Below are positions 37,525-51,800 of a stretch of 64,000 bases of DNA, one piece after another. This stretch comes from Phyllobates terribilis (Eukaryota). The stretch's first letter is position 1. Each line of letters begins with the position of its first letter. The DNA is taken from assembly GCF_046119375.1 (NCBI RefSeq), contig NW_027362768.1:158596001-158660000 (forward strand), given 5' to 3'. The notes under the pieces were generated by a model. The model did no database searches. It had not been told where the DNA came from and saw only the letters and a list, made by a program, of their open reading frames with translations. Made by a program: the position numbers and the translations under genes.

Positions 37525-38120
37525 ACTGCATACATACATTACTGATCCTGAGTTACATCCTGTATTATACCCCAGAGCTGCACTCACTATGTACATACAT
37601 TACTGATCCTGAGTTATATCCTGTATTATACCCCAGAGCTGCACTCACTATTCTGCTGGTAGTGTCATTGTGTACATACAGTACTTATCCTTTATTATAC
37701 TCCGGAGCTGCACTCACTATTCGGCTGGTGTAGTTACTGTGTACATACATTAGTTATCTTGCATTATACTCCAGAGCTGCACTCACTATTCTGCTGGTAG
37801 TGTCATTGTGTATATACAGTACTTATCCTGTATTATACCTCAGAGCTGCACTCACTATTTTGCTGGTAGAGTCACTGAGTACATACAAGATGTAACTCAG
37901 GATCAGTAATGTATTATACTCCAGAGCTGCACTCACAATTCGGCTGGTGTAGTTACTGGGTACATACATTAGTTATCTTGCATTATACTCCAGAGCTGCA
38001 TTTACAGTGTTGTGGAAGAAGTCACAGTACATAGAACACATACAGAGCAGCCTAATGTATGTATACTGCACCAGCAGAACAGCGAGTACAGCTCTGAAGT
38101 ATAATGCAGGATATAACACA
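37525..38120. repeat. 97-bp satellite family, diverged, in inverted arrangement
   Basis: Reverse-orientation units (CCAGAGCTGCACTCACTATTCTGCTGGT) up to ~38000, then a forward unit at ~38030-38120. Confidence 0.8.
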
Positions 38121-39878
38121 GAAGTCATGCATTGCATCTACACATGGACGCAGCTTGTTTTAGAGATTCATACTATATTTAACATGGGGATCCAGCAGTG
38201 ACATGGGAGGAAGAGGAAGAAAAAAAAAAAAAAGGTTTCTTTAATAAGATAACACTCCTGTGATTACTAACGTTTACAGCTTGTATGGTAAAATCTGGTG
38301 ATCAATCCTCTTTAAAACAGATCTTAGATCTGATGATATTGATGAATTTATTTTCAAAACCTGTTCTGACATGGATTTTCAGTTTCCTTGCCCAACATTA
38401 AAATGATAAATTTTTGGGCGTTCGGCTTTAGCTAAAGCCTTAAAAGGCTAATTTTTAGATCAATGATTCTAAAACCATTCTGATGTGGGTTTTCATAGTA
38501 AGTACACCAGTATCATAAGGTCTGATATCCATCTAGTAATATATGAAGCTTATATGGAGAAATCTGGTGACAGATCAGTAAGGCCGGGTTCACACCAGAG
38601 TATCTGACAGTCTGTATACCGTCCTCAAAGCCTCGACTGACCAAAGGTCTCCCGGCCCCAGGTTACGGCCTCATAGACACACAAGAGGCTGTAAGTTGGG
38701 GTCAGGAGACCCGCGGTCAGTCCAGGCAATCAGGAGAATCCGCCTGACCTAACGTCCTGTGCAGATGATTGTACCCCCGGATCAGGCAGTACAACAAAAG
38801 CCAAACTTCCTCTAATTAAATATTTCCTTTTTTTTTTTTTTTCAGATAATGGCATGGTGAGCGCTAAGCGGCCATGTTTGGGTTTTGCATTATATGCATT
38901 TTAGGGGGTGATTTAAAGGAACAGTAACACTGAATTCTAGAAGAAAACCCATTGTCCCCATGGAATAAACAGAGTCAGACACTTCTGGTAGAAGATGCAG
39001 TCTATAGTTATTATATATCAAACTCATTGCTGTGTGATAGATATATCGGCCAGGAGGGGGCGCTACTGTGCTTTCTTGTACCGCTGGTAAGGTCTGGAAC
39101 TGCTAGCAACAAAAATGTCCCTGCCCAATACTATAGCAGAACGATCGTTTTACTCAACAAAAACTAAAATATTTTTTATATCTGAGGTGTTGTGAGTGCA
39201 GTCCACCACTAGAGGGCAGCCTCAACACTACAATCAATCAAAAAACCTGGAAACTCTACAGTCACAGCGGCTGCAGACAATATACTGACCTCCATCTACG
39301 GAGAAGAAAACTATTAACAGCAACCCAGGAACCTGACCTGGAGCTAAAAGTTACATTAAAACTTGCATGTGCCCCCAGGATGGCCCACAGGTGTGCAGGG
39401 ACGGGGCATGTTGCACATTCCACGTGAGTAATCGCGTAGTGCCGGATGATCTGATGCCTCACAAAGGTATAAAAGCTATCGCAGTGGCACTGAGTGGGTT
39501 AAGGCGTCATCGATTGACCATAAGCTACCTCAACAAGTTGTCCTCATAGACCATGACTGGTGAAGGGGTTAATACAGGGTTACTCCAGGTCGCATGCCAC
39601 TAAACGAGGTGAAATTGCGTGTGAAACGCGCCGTAACATGGATGCTCTTTTGCATGATCAACTGTTTTTTTTATTTTTTCATTGCTCCCCTCTCCCGGCA
39701 GACACTTTCCTATGTGAATTATTAGGACACCGGAGCGGCGCTTACAGCGTGACCCGTGGTGATCAGCGATCCGCGGCCGAGCCCAGACAATATGGACAGG
39801 TCTGATCACTGACGGGATAATCCGGCTGCTCAGGAATCTCCCATCCTAGGATCTGAGGTCGTGTAAACCCTACACATA

Positions 39879-42800
39879 TCACATTTTCACCACTCCCTGG
39901 CGGATCCGGCAGCCAGACACAGAGTCACACAGGCAGTCCCTGCTCTCTGTATTGTCCACTGGCAGTGAGGACAGCCCTCCAAAACACGCCGGGGGGCTGC
40001 AGCTCAGCTGGTTGTCGTTCAGTTCGTCCTCTATTTCCATGGCCTCGGAGCTGGAGTTGAAGCCCTGTGAGAGCTCGTCCTCCGGGGGGCTGTTGGTGGG
40101 GGGCTGGGAACACTGAGCAGGTTTCCTATTGCTGACCAGCAGCCGGTTACAGTACTCCACCTGGCCCTCCCGGCTTCCTTCCATCACTCCTATCCCATCG
40201 GTACAGTCCATTTCCTCGGTCTGTACGCTGTCGGGGAACGCGAACCGCAGTTTATAGGGTGGGATTTCTGCTACACCGTATTTGACATTACAGAGGAGCT
40301 TGGCCCTCACCTCGTTGCTGAGCTGTGCGGGGTCACACCTCCCCACGGTGGAGGAGAGAGCCGGCGGAGGGGAGCAGTCTTTTTTTACAAGCTCAGGAGA
40401 GACGGGCAGAGACCTGCAGCGCCTCTTGGGTATGTAGCAATAGTCCACAGTGTCCTGGCTGTATGGCTGCCGCACCAGCCCTGGTGTCTGACTCCCATCC
40501 ATTTTGGGGGAGTGCAGGTCGAAGACGTGGGAAATGACAGACTTGCTTGGCATGTCGAAGAATTTAATTTTCCCTCCCTTTAAGTCCTCCCTGGCATTGA
40601 AAGGGTTAACCTTGCGCAGCAGCCCCTTGCTGGGGGTGTAGAATGGGTCCTGTACATTTATCTTTCGCTGAGGTTTCCGGGCAAAAACATCAGACTGACT
40701 CCGGGAGAGAGTGATGTTCCTCCGGGGACGTGGCGACTTCTGTGGGATTTTGTCGTTTTGCGGGATTGTGATGAGACGCTTCACCCCTTGACCTTTCTCA
40801 TTGGAAGCTGGAGAGCGAAGAAAACAAAGTTCTGAACCTCAGTGCCACATTCACCATCAGCAAACACAACAAAGAAAGTAAAATCTGGTAAGATGCACTC
40901 AAGTCGCCACGGCGAAGGGGGGTGAGAGCGCAAAGCAGAGCTATAACGGGAAAGGAGGGGGGTGGGGGGAGAGCGCCGAACCGGGACGGCCCGGGGAGAA
41001 GCGTTGAGCCGCACGATGGCCGGGGGGGGGCAGCGCCGAGCCGCGATGGCCGGGGGGAGGCAGCGCCGAGCCGCGATGGCCGGGGGGAGGCAGCGCCGAG
41101 CCGCGATGGCCGGGGGGGGGGGGGCAGCGCCGAGCCGCGATGGCCGGGGGGGGGGGGGCAGCGCCGAGCCGCGATGGCCGGGGGGGGGGGGGGGGGGCAG
41201 CGCCGAGCCGCGATGGCCGGGGGGGAGGCAGCGCCGAGCCGCGATGGCCGGGGGGGAGGCAGCGCCGAGCCGCGATGGCCGGGGGGGAGGCAGCGTCGAG
41301 CCGCGATGGCCGGGGGGGAGGCAGCGCCGAGCCGCGATGGCCGGGGGGGAGGCAGCGCCGAGCCGCGATGGCCGGGGGGGAGGCAGCGCCGAGCCGCGAT
41401 GGCCGGGGGGGAGGCAGCGCCGAGCCGCGATGGCCGGGGGGGAGGCAGCGCCGAGCCGCGATGGCCGGGGGGGAGGCAGCGCCGAGCCGCGATGGCCGGG
41501 GGGGAGGCAGCGCCGAGCCGCGATGGCCGGGGGGGAGGCAGCGCCGAGCCGCGATGGCCGGGGGGGAGGCAGCGCCGAGCCGCGATGGCCGGGGGGGAGG
41601 CAGCGCCGAGCCGCGATGGCCGGGGGGGAGGCAGCGCCGAGCCGCGATGGCCGGGGGGGAGGCAGCGCCGAGCCGCGATGGCCGGGGGGGAGGCAGCGCC
41701 GAGCCGCGATGGCCGGGGGGGAGGCAGCGCCGAGCCGCGATGGCCGGGGGGGAGGCAGCGCCGAGCCGCGATGGCCGGGGGGGAGGCAGCGCCGAGCCGC
41801 GATGGCCGGGGGGTGGGGGGGGGGGGAGGGCAGCGCCGAGCCGTGATGGCTGGGGGGTGGTTAGAGTGTCAAGGTTTCTATAAGCTCCGTTGTATTCTCA
41901 GACTTAGTCCACAGCCCCACTATCAGTATTTGGTCAGTATTTTTTCTCAGGAGTGGGAGCCAAAACCAGGTGAGGAACAATCAGAGAAAAGGTATAATAG
42001 AAACAAGTTACCAATTCTGCATTTATCACCCACTCCTGGTTTTGGCTCCCACTCCTGAGAAAAAATACTGACCAAATACTGATAGTGCGGCCGTGGCCTT
42101 AGTATTTTAATTCCTGGCCATCTATAAGAGCTCTCCAAGCTATGGGCCGAGCAGCATGGGGCTCAGTAGATGTGTAGCACTCCATCAATCTGTCAGGACT
42201 GCAGAGAGATTTCTACAACAGCAATGTCTGCATGTGAACAAACATCTCGCCATTCACTGGCAGCCAGCAGAGATCTTACAAATGTGAAGTAATTGACAAA
42301 GTAGCAGCACTTCTCACTATACAGGAGCTGCATGATGAGGACCAGTAGATAGGAGAACTCTTACCCTTAGTGAGAGGTTTAGTCTCGTTGATCTCGGGGT
42401 TGTTGGACCGTCGCTCATTTTCGGCCTCTTCTTTTCTTAAACGAAGTGATATTTCCTCCAACTGCTTCACAATGTCCGTGAAGGAAGGACGGAGCTTTGG
42501 ATCCATCTGCCAAAAAGTCAAAAAAACAAAAGATCAGGAACTTTGGCAGGACATAATGTTGGCGCTGCTCAGTGGTGGTCCGGCTGTTATGTGGGGCACT
42601 CACGTTGCAGCAGTTGAAGGTCAGCTGGAGGAAGTCCTGGGGGCAGTCACCCACCATGTGCTGGAAACCATCATAGTCCAAACCGAAGTTCTAAACACGA
42701 GAAAGAAACAGGACGGGTTCACCTGGTGTCATGGGATCTCACAGCACATGAACGCAACATCACCGGCCCCACCAGGACCCAGTGAGTCAGGGCCAATAAT

Positions 42801-45800
42801 GACAAATCCTCTTCTGTACTCTACATCCTGGTCTATCAGGGTCCGACTTTACCTGGTGTGTTAGGTCATTGCACTGTGGTCAGTTCTCTAATACACGTCT
42901 ATTACTTCCATTGCTTCCGGTACATGCAGGAAGAACGTGGGCAATAGTAAGCCGTTTTCGGAGAACTTGCATTATGTGGAAGGGTGGAGGAGAGAATATG
43001 GCTGTGAACAGCATGTGGGGTGAATCAGGGAAAACAACATCTCTATATTAGCTTGGCAGTCACCGTTACCAGTCCGTGTGAAAACAAGTTGTCACAACCC
43101 AGATCTCTGCTTCCATTAGTTCTTCTTGTGCCCTGTAGATGGCACTCTTGTATAAGTCATTACACTGACACTTTCCCTATAGTTCAGTATATAAACGCTG
43201 TCCCTTTAATGCTGCAGGTATTTATTGCCATCTCTTCAGTCTTTGCACTGGTGATAATTCCTGAACGTCCCTATTGATCAGTATTTTGTTACCATGGATA
43301 TAATGATAACGATTCTGAACATGCGTCACATTTATTGGGCGGCTATAAAAACAAATAGTCACGCTGTGAACCCGACTCTATGCTGCCATTTCCTGATGAC
43401 GCTCCCTCTTAGATTTCGGGGTGATGGAGGCTGGTGAGCGGCAGGCACTGATACACTGGGGGTTACGGATCAGGACAATTTTACAGATCTGTTCTGGGCA
43501 CAAACTACAAACATCCGGTGTGATGAGACGGTAGACATGTAACCAGTGCGGTAATACACTCCGCGGATCATGTGGATGTGTTACCTCTGTGCGGGGCAGG
43601 TAATCCGGGTCCGCCTGTATCCGGGCGATGATCTCGCACAGGATGATACCATAGGAGAAGACATCGGCCTGGCAGAAAGAGGGGAAATTAAGTTACAGTA
43701 ACTTTCAAAATATCATATAAGACCGACTGTTATTAATCAGTCTATCGGTTTTTAATCGGTGGGGGTCAGAATACTGAGACCCCAACTAATCACTAGAAGA
43801 AATGAACTGAAGTGCTCAGCCAAACTAAAGAAAGTCTAAGCCTTGTCACAGAGCGGCGTTTGCGTCTGTCCCTTCATTTTAGAGAACGGTGGGATTCTCA
43901 GCACCCGGACCCCCGTAGATCAAAGCCTGTGACATTTCTCAACAACAGGTGAAAGTGTGACAATGACAAGAAAAAACAACAACTTAATAATGAAGCAAGA
44001 AGTGACTTCTCATGTGGGAGAAAAGGCAAGAAAGAGAATAGTATGGTTTGTGCCAATGTCTCAGTCTCTCTGTTCGGCACCCCGCAGCGGTGTTAGTGTG
44101 ATGTGACCGGGGAAGGCGGCTTCTTCTGATCACTGCTATTGATCTGGGATCTGAGGAATCTCGGAGCCGATATGGGGCGTGCAGCGGGCGATATTTGCAG
44201 AGTGCAGTCGCTCCTCTTTGTACAAGTCAGGAGATAAGAAGCTGGTTAATCTTCTACCGACAGTGATGGGGCGTCCGGCGCAGGTTTATACTCCCCCGGA
44301 GGAATTCCACGTATTTCTCTGACAGCGCGGAGGAATATTGACACTTTGGAGCAATCCCGGTTACCATGGCGACTTCTGTGTACGTTTCCACCGGTTGCAC
44401 CTTCCATGTAGGTGAGAGGTAGGTAGCCGCCTTGTCCGGGTGACCTGGAAACTGGGCGGGTGAGGGTGACCCTATAAATTCAAGAGAATCTGTCCTCGCC
44501 CATCAGCTTACAACTACGTGTGACATTCTAGCTATTCAGAACTTCACTGATGCATTAAAGCAAACCCTCAGCTGTGAGAAATATTAGATTTACCCTCTGG
44601 GCGCTCCTTACACTGACATTTTTGGTGCATCTAAAGAACATTATTTTGTAGCATCGTCCTCACAGATCAATGACCTGATGACCACGCAGATCTATGGCCA
44701 CAGCACACTGCGACTCACTCACCTTTTCATTGTACGGCTCATCACGTAGAACCTCCGGGGCCATCCAATATGGAGACCCCACAACCGCCAGCTTCTCACT
44801 ACCCCCGCTACAAGGAAAACAGAAATAAAGGGGTTAACAGTGAACGGCTCAGCTGCTCTGTATTCAGAAGAATGACAATGCCGAATATACGGCAATATCA
44901 GGTACCCCCAACACTGAGAGTGACCCTGTCCTAATGTGGGCGGAAGTGACTATGCACATAGCAGCCCACAGGATAGCCACTACTGCGCTCCACAGCTGCA
45001 CTTACTACTCTGCTATTTGTTATCAGAAACAGTCAGCAAGATTGTGGTCCGCTGATAATACAGGTGGGCAGTTATGTTTTTTGACAAGTTCTTCAAAAAC
45101 ACTGAAAAAGCAGTAAATGCTGGGAGAGTTCAGCTCTAGAGCTGCAGAATAGTGAGTGCAGCTCTGGAGTATAATACATGATATAACTCAGGATCAGTAA
45201 TGTAATGTATGTACACAGTGACTCCACCAGCAGAATAGTGAGTGCAGCTCTGGAGGATAATACAGGATGTAACTCAGGATCTGTACAGGATAAGAAACGT
45301 AATGTATGTACACAGTGACTGCACCAGCAGAATAGTGAGTGCAGCTCTGGAGTATAATACAGGATGTAACTCAGGATCAGTAATGTAATGTCTGTACACA
45401 GTGACTGCACCAGCAGAATAGTGAGTGCAGCTCTGAAGTATAATACAGGATGTAACTCAGGATCAGTACAGGATCAGTAATGTAATGTATGTACACAGTG
45501 ACTGCACCAGCAGACTAGTGAGTGCAGCTCTGGAGTATAATACAGGATGTAACTCAGGATCTGTACAGGATAAGTAACGTAATGTATGTACACAATGACG
45601 GCACCAGCAGAATAGTGAGTGCAGCTCTGGAGTATAATACAGGATGTAACTCAGGATCAGTACAGGATAGGTAATGTAATGTATGTACACGGTGACTGCA
45701 CCATCAGAATAGTGAGTGCAGCTCTGGAGTATAATACTGGATGTAACTCAGGATCAGTACAGGATAAGTAATGTAATGTATGTACACAGTGACTGCACCA

Positions 45801-48800
45801 GCAGAATAGTGAGTGCAGCTCTGGAGTATAATACAGGAGGTAACTCAGGATCAGTACAGGATCAGTAATGTAATGTATGTACACAGTGACTGCACCAGCA
45901 GAATAGTGAGTGCAGCTCTGGAGTATAATACAGGATGTTACTCAGGATCAGTGTAGGATCAGTAATGTAATGTACAGTACAGACCAAAAGTTTGGACACA
46001 CCTTCTCATTTAAAGAAATTTCTGTATTTTCATAACTATGAAAATTGTACATTCACACTAAAGGCATCAAAACTATGAATTAACACATGTGAAATTATAT
46101 ACTTAACAAAAAAGTGTGAAACAACTGAAAATATGTCTTATATTCTAGGTTCTTCAAAGTAGCCACCTTTTGCTTTGATGACTGCTTTGCACACTCTTGA
46201 CATTCTCTTGATGAGCTTCAAGAGGTAGTCACCGGAAATGGTTTTCACTTCACAGTTGTGCCCTCTCAGGTTTAATAAGTGGGATTTCTTGCCTTAAAAA
46301 TGGGGTTGGGACCATCAGTTGTGTTGTGCAGAAGTCAGCTGATAGTCCTACTGAATAGACTGTTAGAATTTGTATTATGGCAATAAAAAAGCAAAGTAAA
46401 GAAAAACGAGTGGCCATCATTACTTTAAGAAATGAAGGTCAGTCAGTCCGAAAAATTGGGAAAACTTTGAAAGTGTCCCCAAGTGCAGTTGCAAAAACCA
46501 TCAAGCGCTGCAAAGAAACTGGCTCACATGAGGACCGCCCCAGGAAAGGAAGACCAAGAGTCACCTCTGCTTCTGAGGATAAGTTTATCCGAGTCACCAG
46601 CCTCAGAAATCGCAGGTTAACAGCAGCTCAGATTAGAGACCAGGTCATTGCCACACAGAGTTCTAGCAGCAGACACATCTCTGCAACAACTGTTAAGAGG
46701 AGACTTTGTGCAGCAGGCCTTCATGGTAAAATAACTGCTAGGAAATCACTGCTAAGGACTGGCAACAAGCAGAAGAGACTTGTTTGGGCTAAAGAACACA
46801 AGGAATGGACATTAGACCAGTGGATATCTGTGCTTTGGTCTGATGAGTCCAAATTTGAGATCTTTGGTTCCAACCACCGTGTCTTTGTGCGACGCAGAAA
46901 AGGTGAACGGATGGACTCTACATGCCTGGTTCCCACCGTGAAGCATGGAGGAGGAGGTGTGATGGTGTGGGGGTGCTTTGCTGGTGACACTGTTGGGGAT
47001 TTATTCAAAATTGAAGGCATACTGAACCAGCATGGCTACCACAGCATCTTGCAGCGGCATGCTATTCCATCTGGTTTGCGTTTAGTTGGACCATCATTTA
47101 TATTTCAACAGTACAATGATCCCAAACACACCTCCAGGCTGTGTAAGGGCTATTTGACCAAGAAGGAGAGTGATGGGGTGCTACACCAGATGACCTGGCC
47201 TCCACAGTCACCAGACCTGAACCCAATCGAGATGGTTTGGGGTGAGCTGGACCGCAGAGTGAAGGCAAAAGGGCCAACAAGTGCTAAGCATCTCTGGGAA
47301 CTCCTTCAAGATTGTTGGAAGATCATTTCCGGTGACTACCTCTTGAAGCTCATCAAGAGAATGCCAAGAGTGTGCAAAGCAGTCATCAAAGCAAAAGGTG
47401 GCTACTTTGAAGAACCTAGGATATAAGACATATTTTCAGTTGTTTCACACTTTTTTGTTAAGTATATAATTCCACATGGGTTAATTCATAGTTTTGATGC
47501 CTTCAGTGTGAATGTACAATTTTCATAGTCATGAAAATATTTAAATGAGAAGGTGTGTCCAAACTTTTGGTCTGTACTGTATGTACACAGTGACGGCACC
47601 AGCAGAATAGTGAGTGCAGCTCTGGAGTATAATAGAATTATAGGCTCAGCACAAGATCAGTAATGCACATACATGTAGACATACATTGGACAGCGAGTTT
47701 CTGTGCAGCGAGGCCGGACTTCATGTCTTTTGCGGACTAACGTCTACTATAAACTCCGGATATCTCCAGTTATGTTACTCAATCAACCACAGCTTCCTGC
47801 CAACCACACTCTGTCAATTAAAACTAATAACACTGCATTATAAGAGACATTACCCCTGAAGTCTATCTACTCTCCCATTTACTTTGCAAGTGAATAATCT
47901 ATTGCTCCCAGTTATCAGCCATTACAGTGATGTTTTGCCGTCATGGTCAGATGTTCCACAGTTGTCAGTTTTGTGCATTGGTGCAGTTCAGCGATTGGAT
48001 TCCTGGACACTCTTTGGGGGGCTATCACTGTACGGAGGATCACTGGGAGTCTCCTATCAGCTGGGAGATCTCCTCCTTCAGAACGGGTCTCCATACACTG
48101 CAGCCCCCTATTATTATTGCTCTCATACAGATGGAACAAACGTTATTGATCCTCCAGCTGCCAGGACGAGTTTTGCAGGTAGGATCCCCGGCCACCATGT
48201 CTGGACCTGATGTGGTGATATATACTGGCTGGCGACAGACTATGCGGCTCATCATCAATACGTTTAATGAGGTGCAACCCTACTGCCTCGCTATTCCCAG
48301 CCCCGAATAAAGAAATTCTATAAAACCTCTGCACATTTAGAAAGCATTTCACTTTCCTGCTTCTGCTGCTCCACTTTAAGTAAAGGTCGCTTATGGAGCA
48401 TAACCTAAAACTGCGATATAAACCAGTGCAACATCCAAGTATTCGTGGAAGCATTAATTTTTTTATTTTTGGATGAGATTGAAGGAGACTGAAGTTTATA
48501 AAAAAAAAAAAAAACCACTGAGGTCCAACGATACCGGAAAATACCTTGGAAACTGCACAGCTATATGTCGCACTGATTGATATAGTAATCCAGCCATAGA
48601 CACAGCGCTAAACGCTGATAATCCGCCAGTACACGACAATCAGCGGAGATTAGACCTCTAATCCTAAAACGACAATGAATGATGGGAACTTGGTAACTGG
48701 TTAAGGGATGTTGTTTTTATATCATATTTACACACCCAGAGCTGCATTCATAATTCTGCTAGCTGATCTGCTGAAACTCTGCCTCTAATGATGTAAAAAA

Positions 48801-51800
48801 GAAACCAGCGGAGCAGTGACTGTAGCTGTGGATGTGACTAGAGCTTGAAGTCTATGAGGTTATGTAATGTAACATTATATGGAGATTTATAGTAAGTGGC
48901 TCAAGTGTAGGGCGTCCGCGTCAGCCCAGAAGTCATGTGAGCGGAGGAACGCTCTGCTGCGTTAATCCTCCTCCATTCAGGACCTTGTTATTACAGTAAT
49001 TGCTTGGTTTATAGATAGAGGGGGCAGGTTCATCCGGGCACGGCGCATTTACCTGTAATCTGGAATTTTTTCCGCCAGACCGAAATCGGCCACCACGGCC
49101 GAGTAAGCGCCCTCGTCGCTCTTGATGAGACAGTTCTGTAAAGAGATAGATGGAGAGAATCGTGAAATACACGGCGGACTCGCTGCCTGACCACCATGGG
49201 GTTAACGAGGCCGGAGCTGCGGCTTAACATTAAACTAATGCAATGAGCACAATCCCTGAAAAGAAGCTGAGGCTGCAAAACCCATGGATCCGCCCTGGAC
49301 GCGAGCACAAGACGGAGCTGCCACTTAGGTTTATGCCACTGACCTCCCACTACCCCGGGGGTCCCCTTAATGCACAGACAACAGCAAGAAATCCAGGGTC
49401 TTTTGGGGGCACTGAGCGGGGCCCGGGTCCTGGATTGTACTTCTCATACACTGTGTGCTTTATAAAGAGTGCAGTTTCCTGTCAGTGAATAAAACTAATC
49501 ATTTTTTACATTTAAAAGCTGTACAGAGCCAGTCCTGCTCACACTGCTGATGAGCTTGTTACATTGTGTTCGTGCTGACACCAGTAGGGAGCGCTATGGA
49601 GCTGAGTAACTCTGTATACGTCGGGTTCCCCCTAGTGGTGGCTGCAGGGAGCCACAATCTTAGCATATATGGCTTTGTTCTCACTTTTGTCCGCGTCTGA
49701 ATTGCATCCAGCGCTTCTTTACGTGCCGTATAAGTCAGTAGGGAGCAGTGATCCCTGTCGTATGCCCCACAGCCCGCAAACAAAGCCTGACTCATTCATG
49801 AATGGCCAGGTTGAGGGTAGGCAGGGGAGATGTATGATAAATACAGATCCATCCCCAGATCTCTTACACCGTCACTCATTTTATACGGAAACCTCCTGCT
49901 CATCCTGAGCCTCCTGATTCAGAATTAAAATTGCAGTCCAGTCTGACAATGAGACAGAGCAGCTGGAGAGAGGGGGAAACCCAGCAGATATTCTGGGCGA
50001 GCGCTACAAATTCCAGGGTCTGAGGGAAGCAGAAAGCATCGTATAATGCAGGATATTAGTGGTGGGTTCTCATCAATGAAGTCTTCTTGGTGTCTCCTCA
50101 CCCACACAGATATTACTGCGGGTCTGACAATTCAACCACTGAGTGGCGCTATTTATCCACCTCGCAATGAAAGATGGCGGCTAACCAGTCACAGATAAAA
50201 TAATAAATGTAAAACATAAACCGGGATTAATGTGCTCTTTGTGCGGCGAGGAAGAGTGTGAGGTTCTGCTTAGTGCAGAAACACAGAGGCCCTTATGTAG
50301 GACACGGCCTGAAAACATCTGCGGTCCACCGCCAGACAGCGCACAAATCTGCCAAAGTATGGAACATCTGCTACTAAACTGCTGCGTACACTGAACGGGA
50401 GCGGTGAGACACCACAGAACAGTGTGGACAGGGGCTTAATCCATGGGAGAGCCACGCACATTACAGTACTGATCAGGAGTGCTGCTCTGGAGTATAATAC
50501 AGGAGGTAACTCAGGAGAAGTAATGTATGTACACAGTGACTGCACCAGCAGAATAGTGAGTGCAGCTCTGGAGTATAATACAGGATGTAACTCAGGATCA
50601 GTACAGGATCAGTAATGTAATGTATGTACACAGTGACTGCACCAGCAGAATAGTGAGTGCAGCTCTGGAGTATAATACAGGATGTAACTCAGGATCAGTA
50701 CAGGATCAGTAATGTAATGTATGTACACAGTGACTGCACCAGCAGAATAGTGAGTGCAGCTCTGGAGTATAATACAGGATGTAACTCAGGATCAGTACAG
50801 GATCAGTAATGTAATGTATGTACACAGTGACTGGACCAGCAGAATAGTGAGTGCAGCTCTGGAGGATAATACAGGATGTAACTCAGGATCAGTACAGGAT
50901 CAGTAATATAATGTATGTACACAGTGACTGCACCAGCAGAATAGTGAGTGCAGCTCTGGAGTATAATACAGGATGTAACTCAGGATCAGTACAGGATCAG
51001 TAATGTAATGTATGTACACAGTGACTGCACCAGCAGACTAGTGACTGCAGCTCTGGAGTATATTGCAGTCTATAACTGAGGATCGGTACAAAATCGTAAT
51101 TTAAGAGATTAAAATGGAGGTAAATTGTGCAGTAACCTGAAAATACCTGACTTTATGTAGGCGTCACTGATGTGGATTTTATGTAAATCTATATATGTAG
51201 CTACAATGCTCACCCTATAAACTGAAGGATAATACTGTAACATTATCACATTGTCTCTAGAACAAGGGGAACGTGACAGAAGAAGAATTTGCGGTCAGGG
51301 ACAAGGAAGTGTTTGCATCTCAGGAATAAACAGTAAAAAAAGGAACGAAGGCCAAACATACGCAGCAGCGAGCCATGACCAAGTGTCCAACTGCAGCAAA
51401 AGTCTCTAAAAACACCAACAGGAGTAACAGGAATTTCCCTGACTCCTGGCATGGAAGGATTCTTTGCTGTTCAGTACAACATATTGCTCTCTCCATTAAT
51501 GCTGAAAGTGACAGGTGTTGTGGGATCGATTACAAGGTGGACCCCAGTACAACCTATCTCTGGAGAGCTGCCGTTAGCATTGTGTACATACGTAGAGGCT
51601 TCCAATGGTTCAGAATATCCTATAATTCAGCATATGTGACAGCGAGGAATTGATTATTGGCGCCTTTCTATCTTTAGCATCACTATGTCCCTTATGGCGG
51701 GTGTAGGGGTGTGCTGGCTTAGGTAGGATCTGTGATCACAGCCTGAGGTCTCTTTCACAATCTTGCAATCTGCAGTCAATTTTTACAGCTGCAATCACAT

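Noticed and set aside
40922-42058. 247-378-aa Gly/Arg/Ala-rich ORFs
   Set aside because: Stop-free 31-bp repeat, antisense in a TESK2 intron; no domain.
47884-48454. Cluster of overlapping 70-127-aa ORFs in a TESK2 intron
   Set aside because: No recognisable domain or exon phase; possibly an old retroelement fragment, but this cannot be supported without a search.
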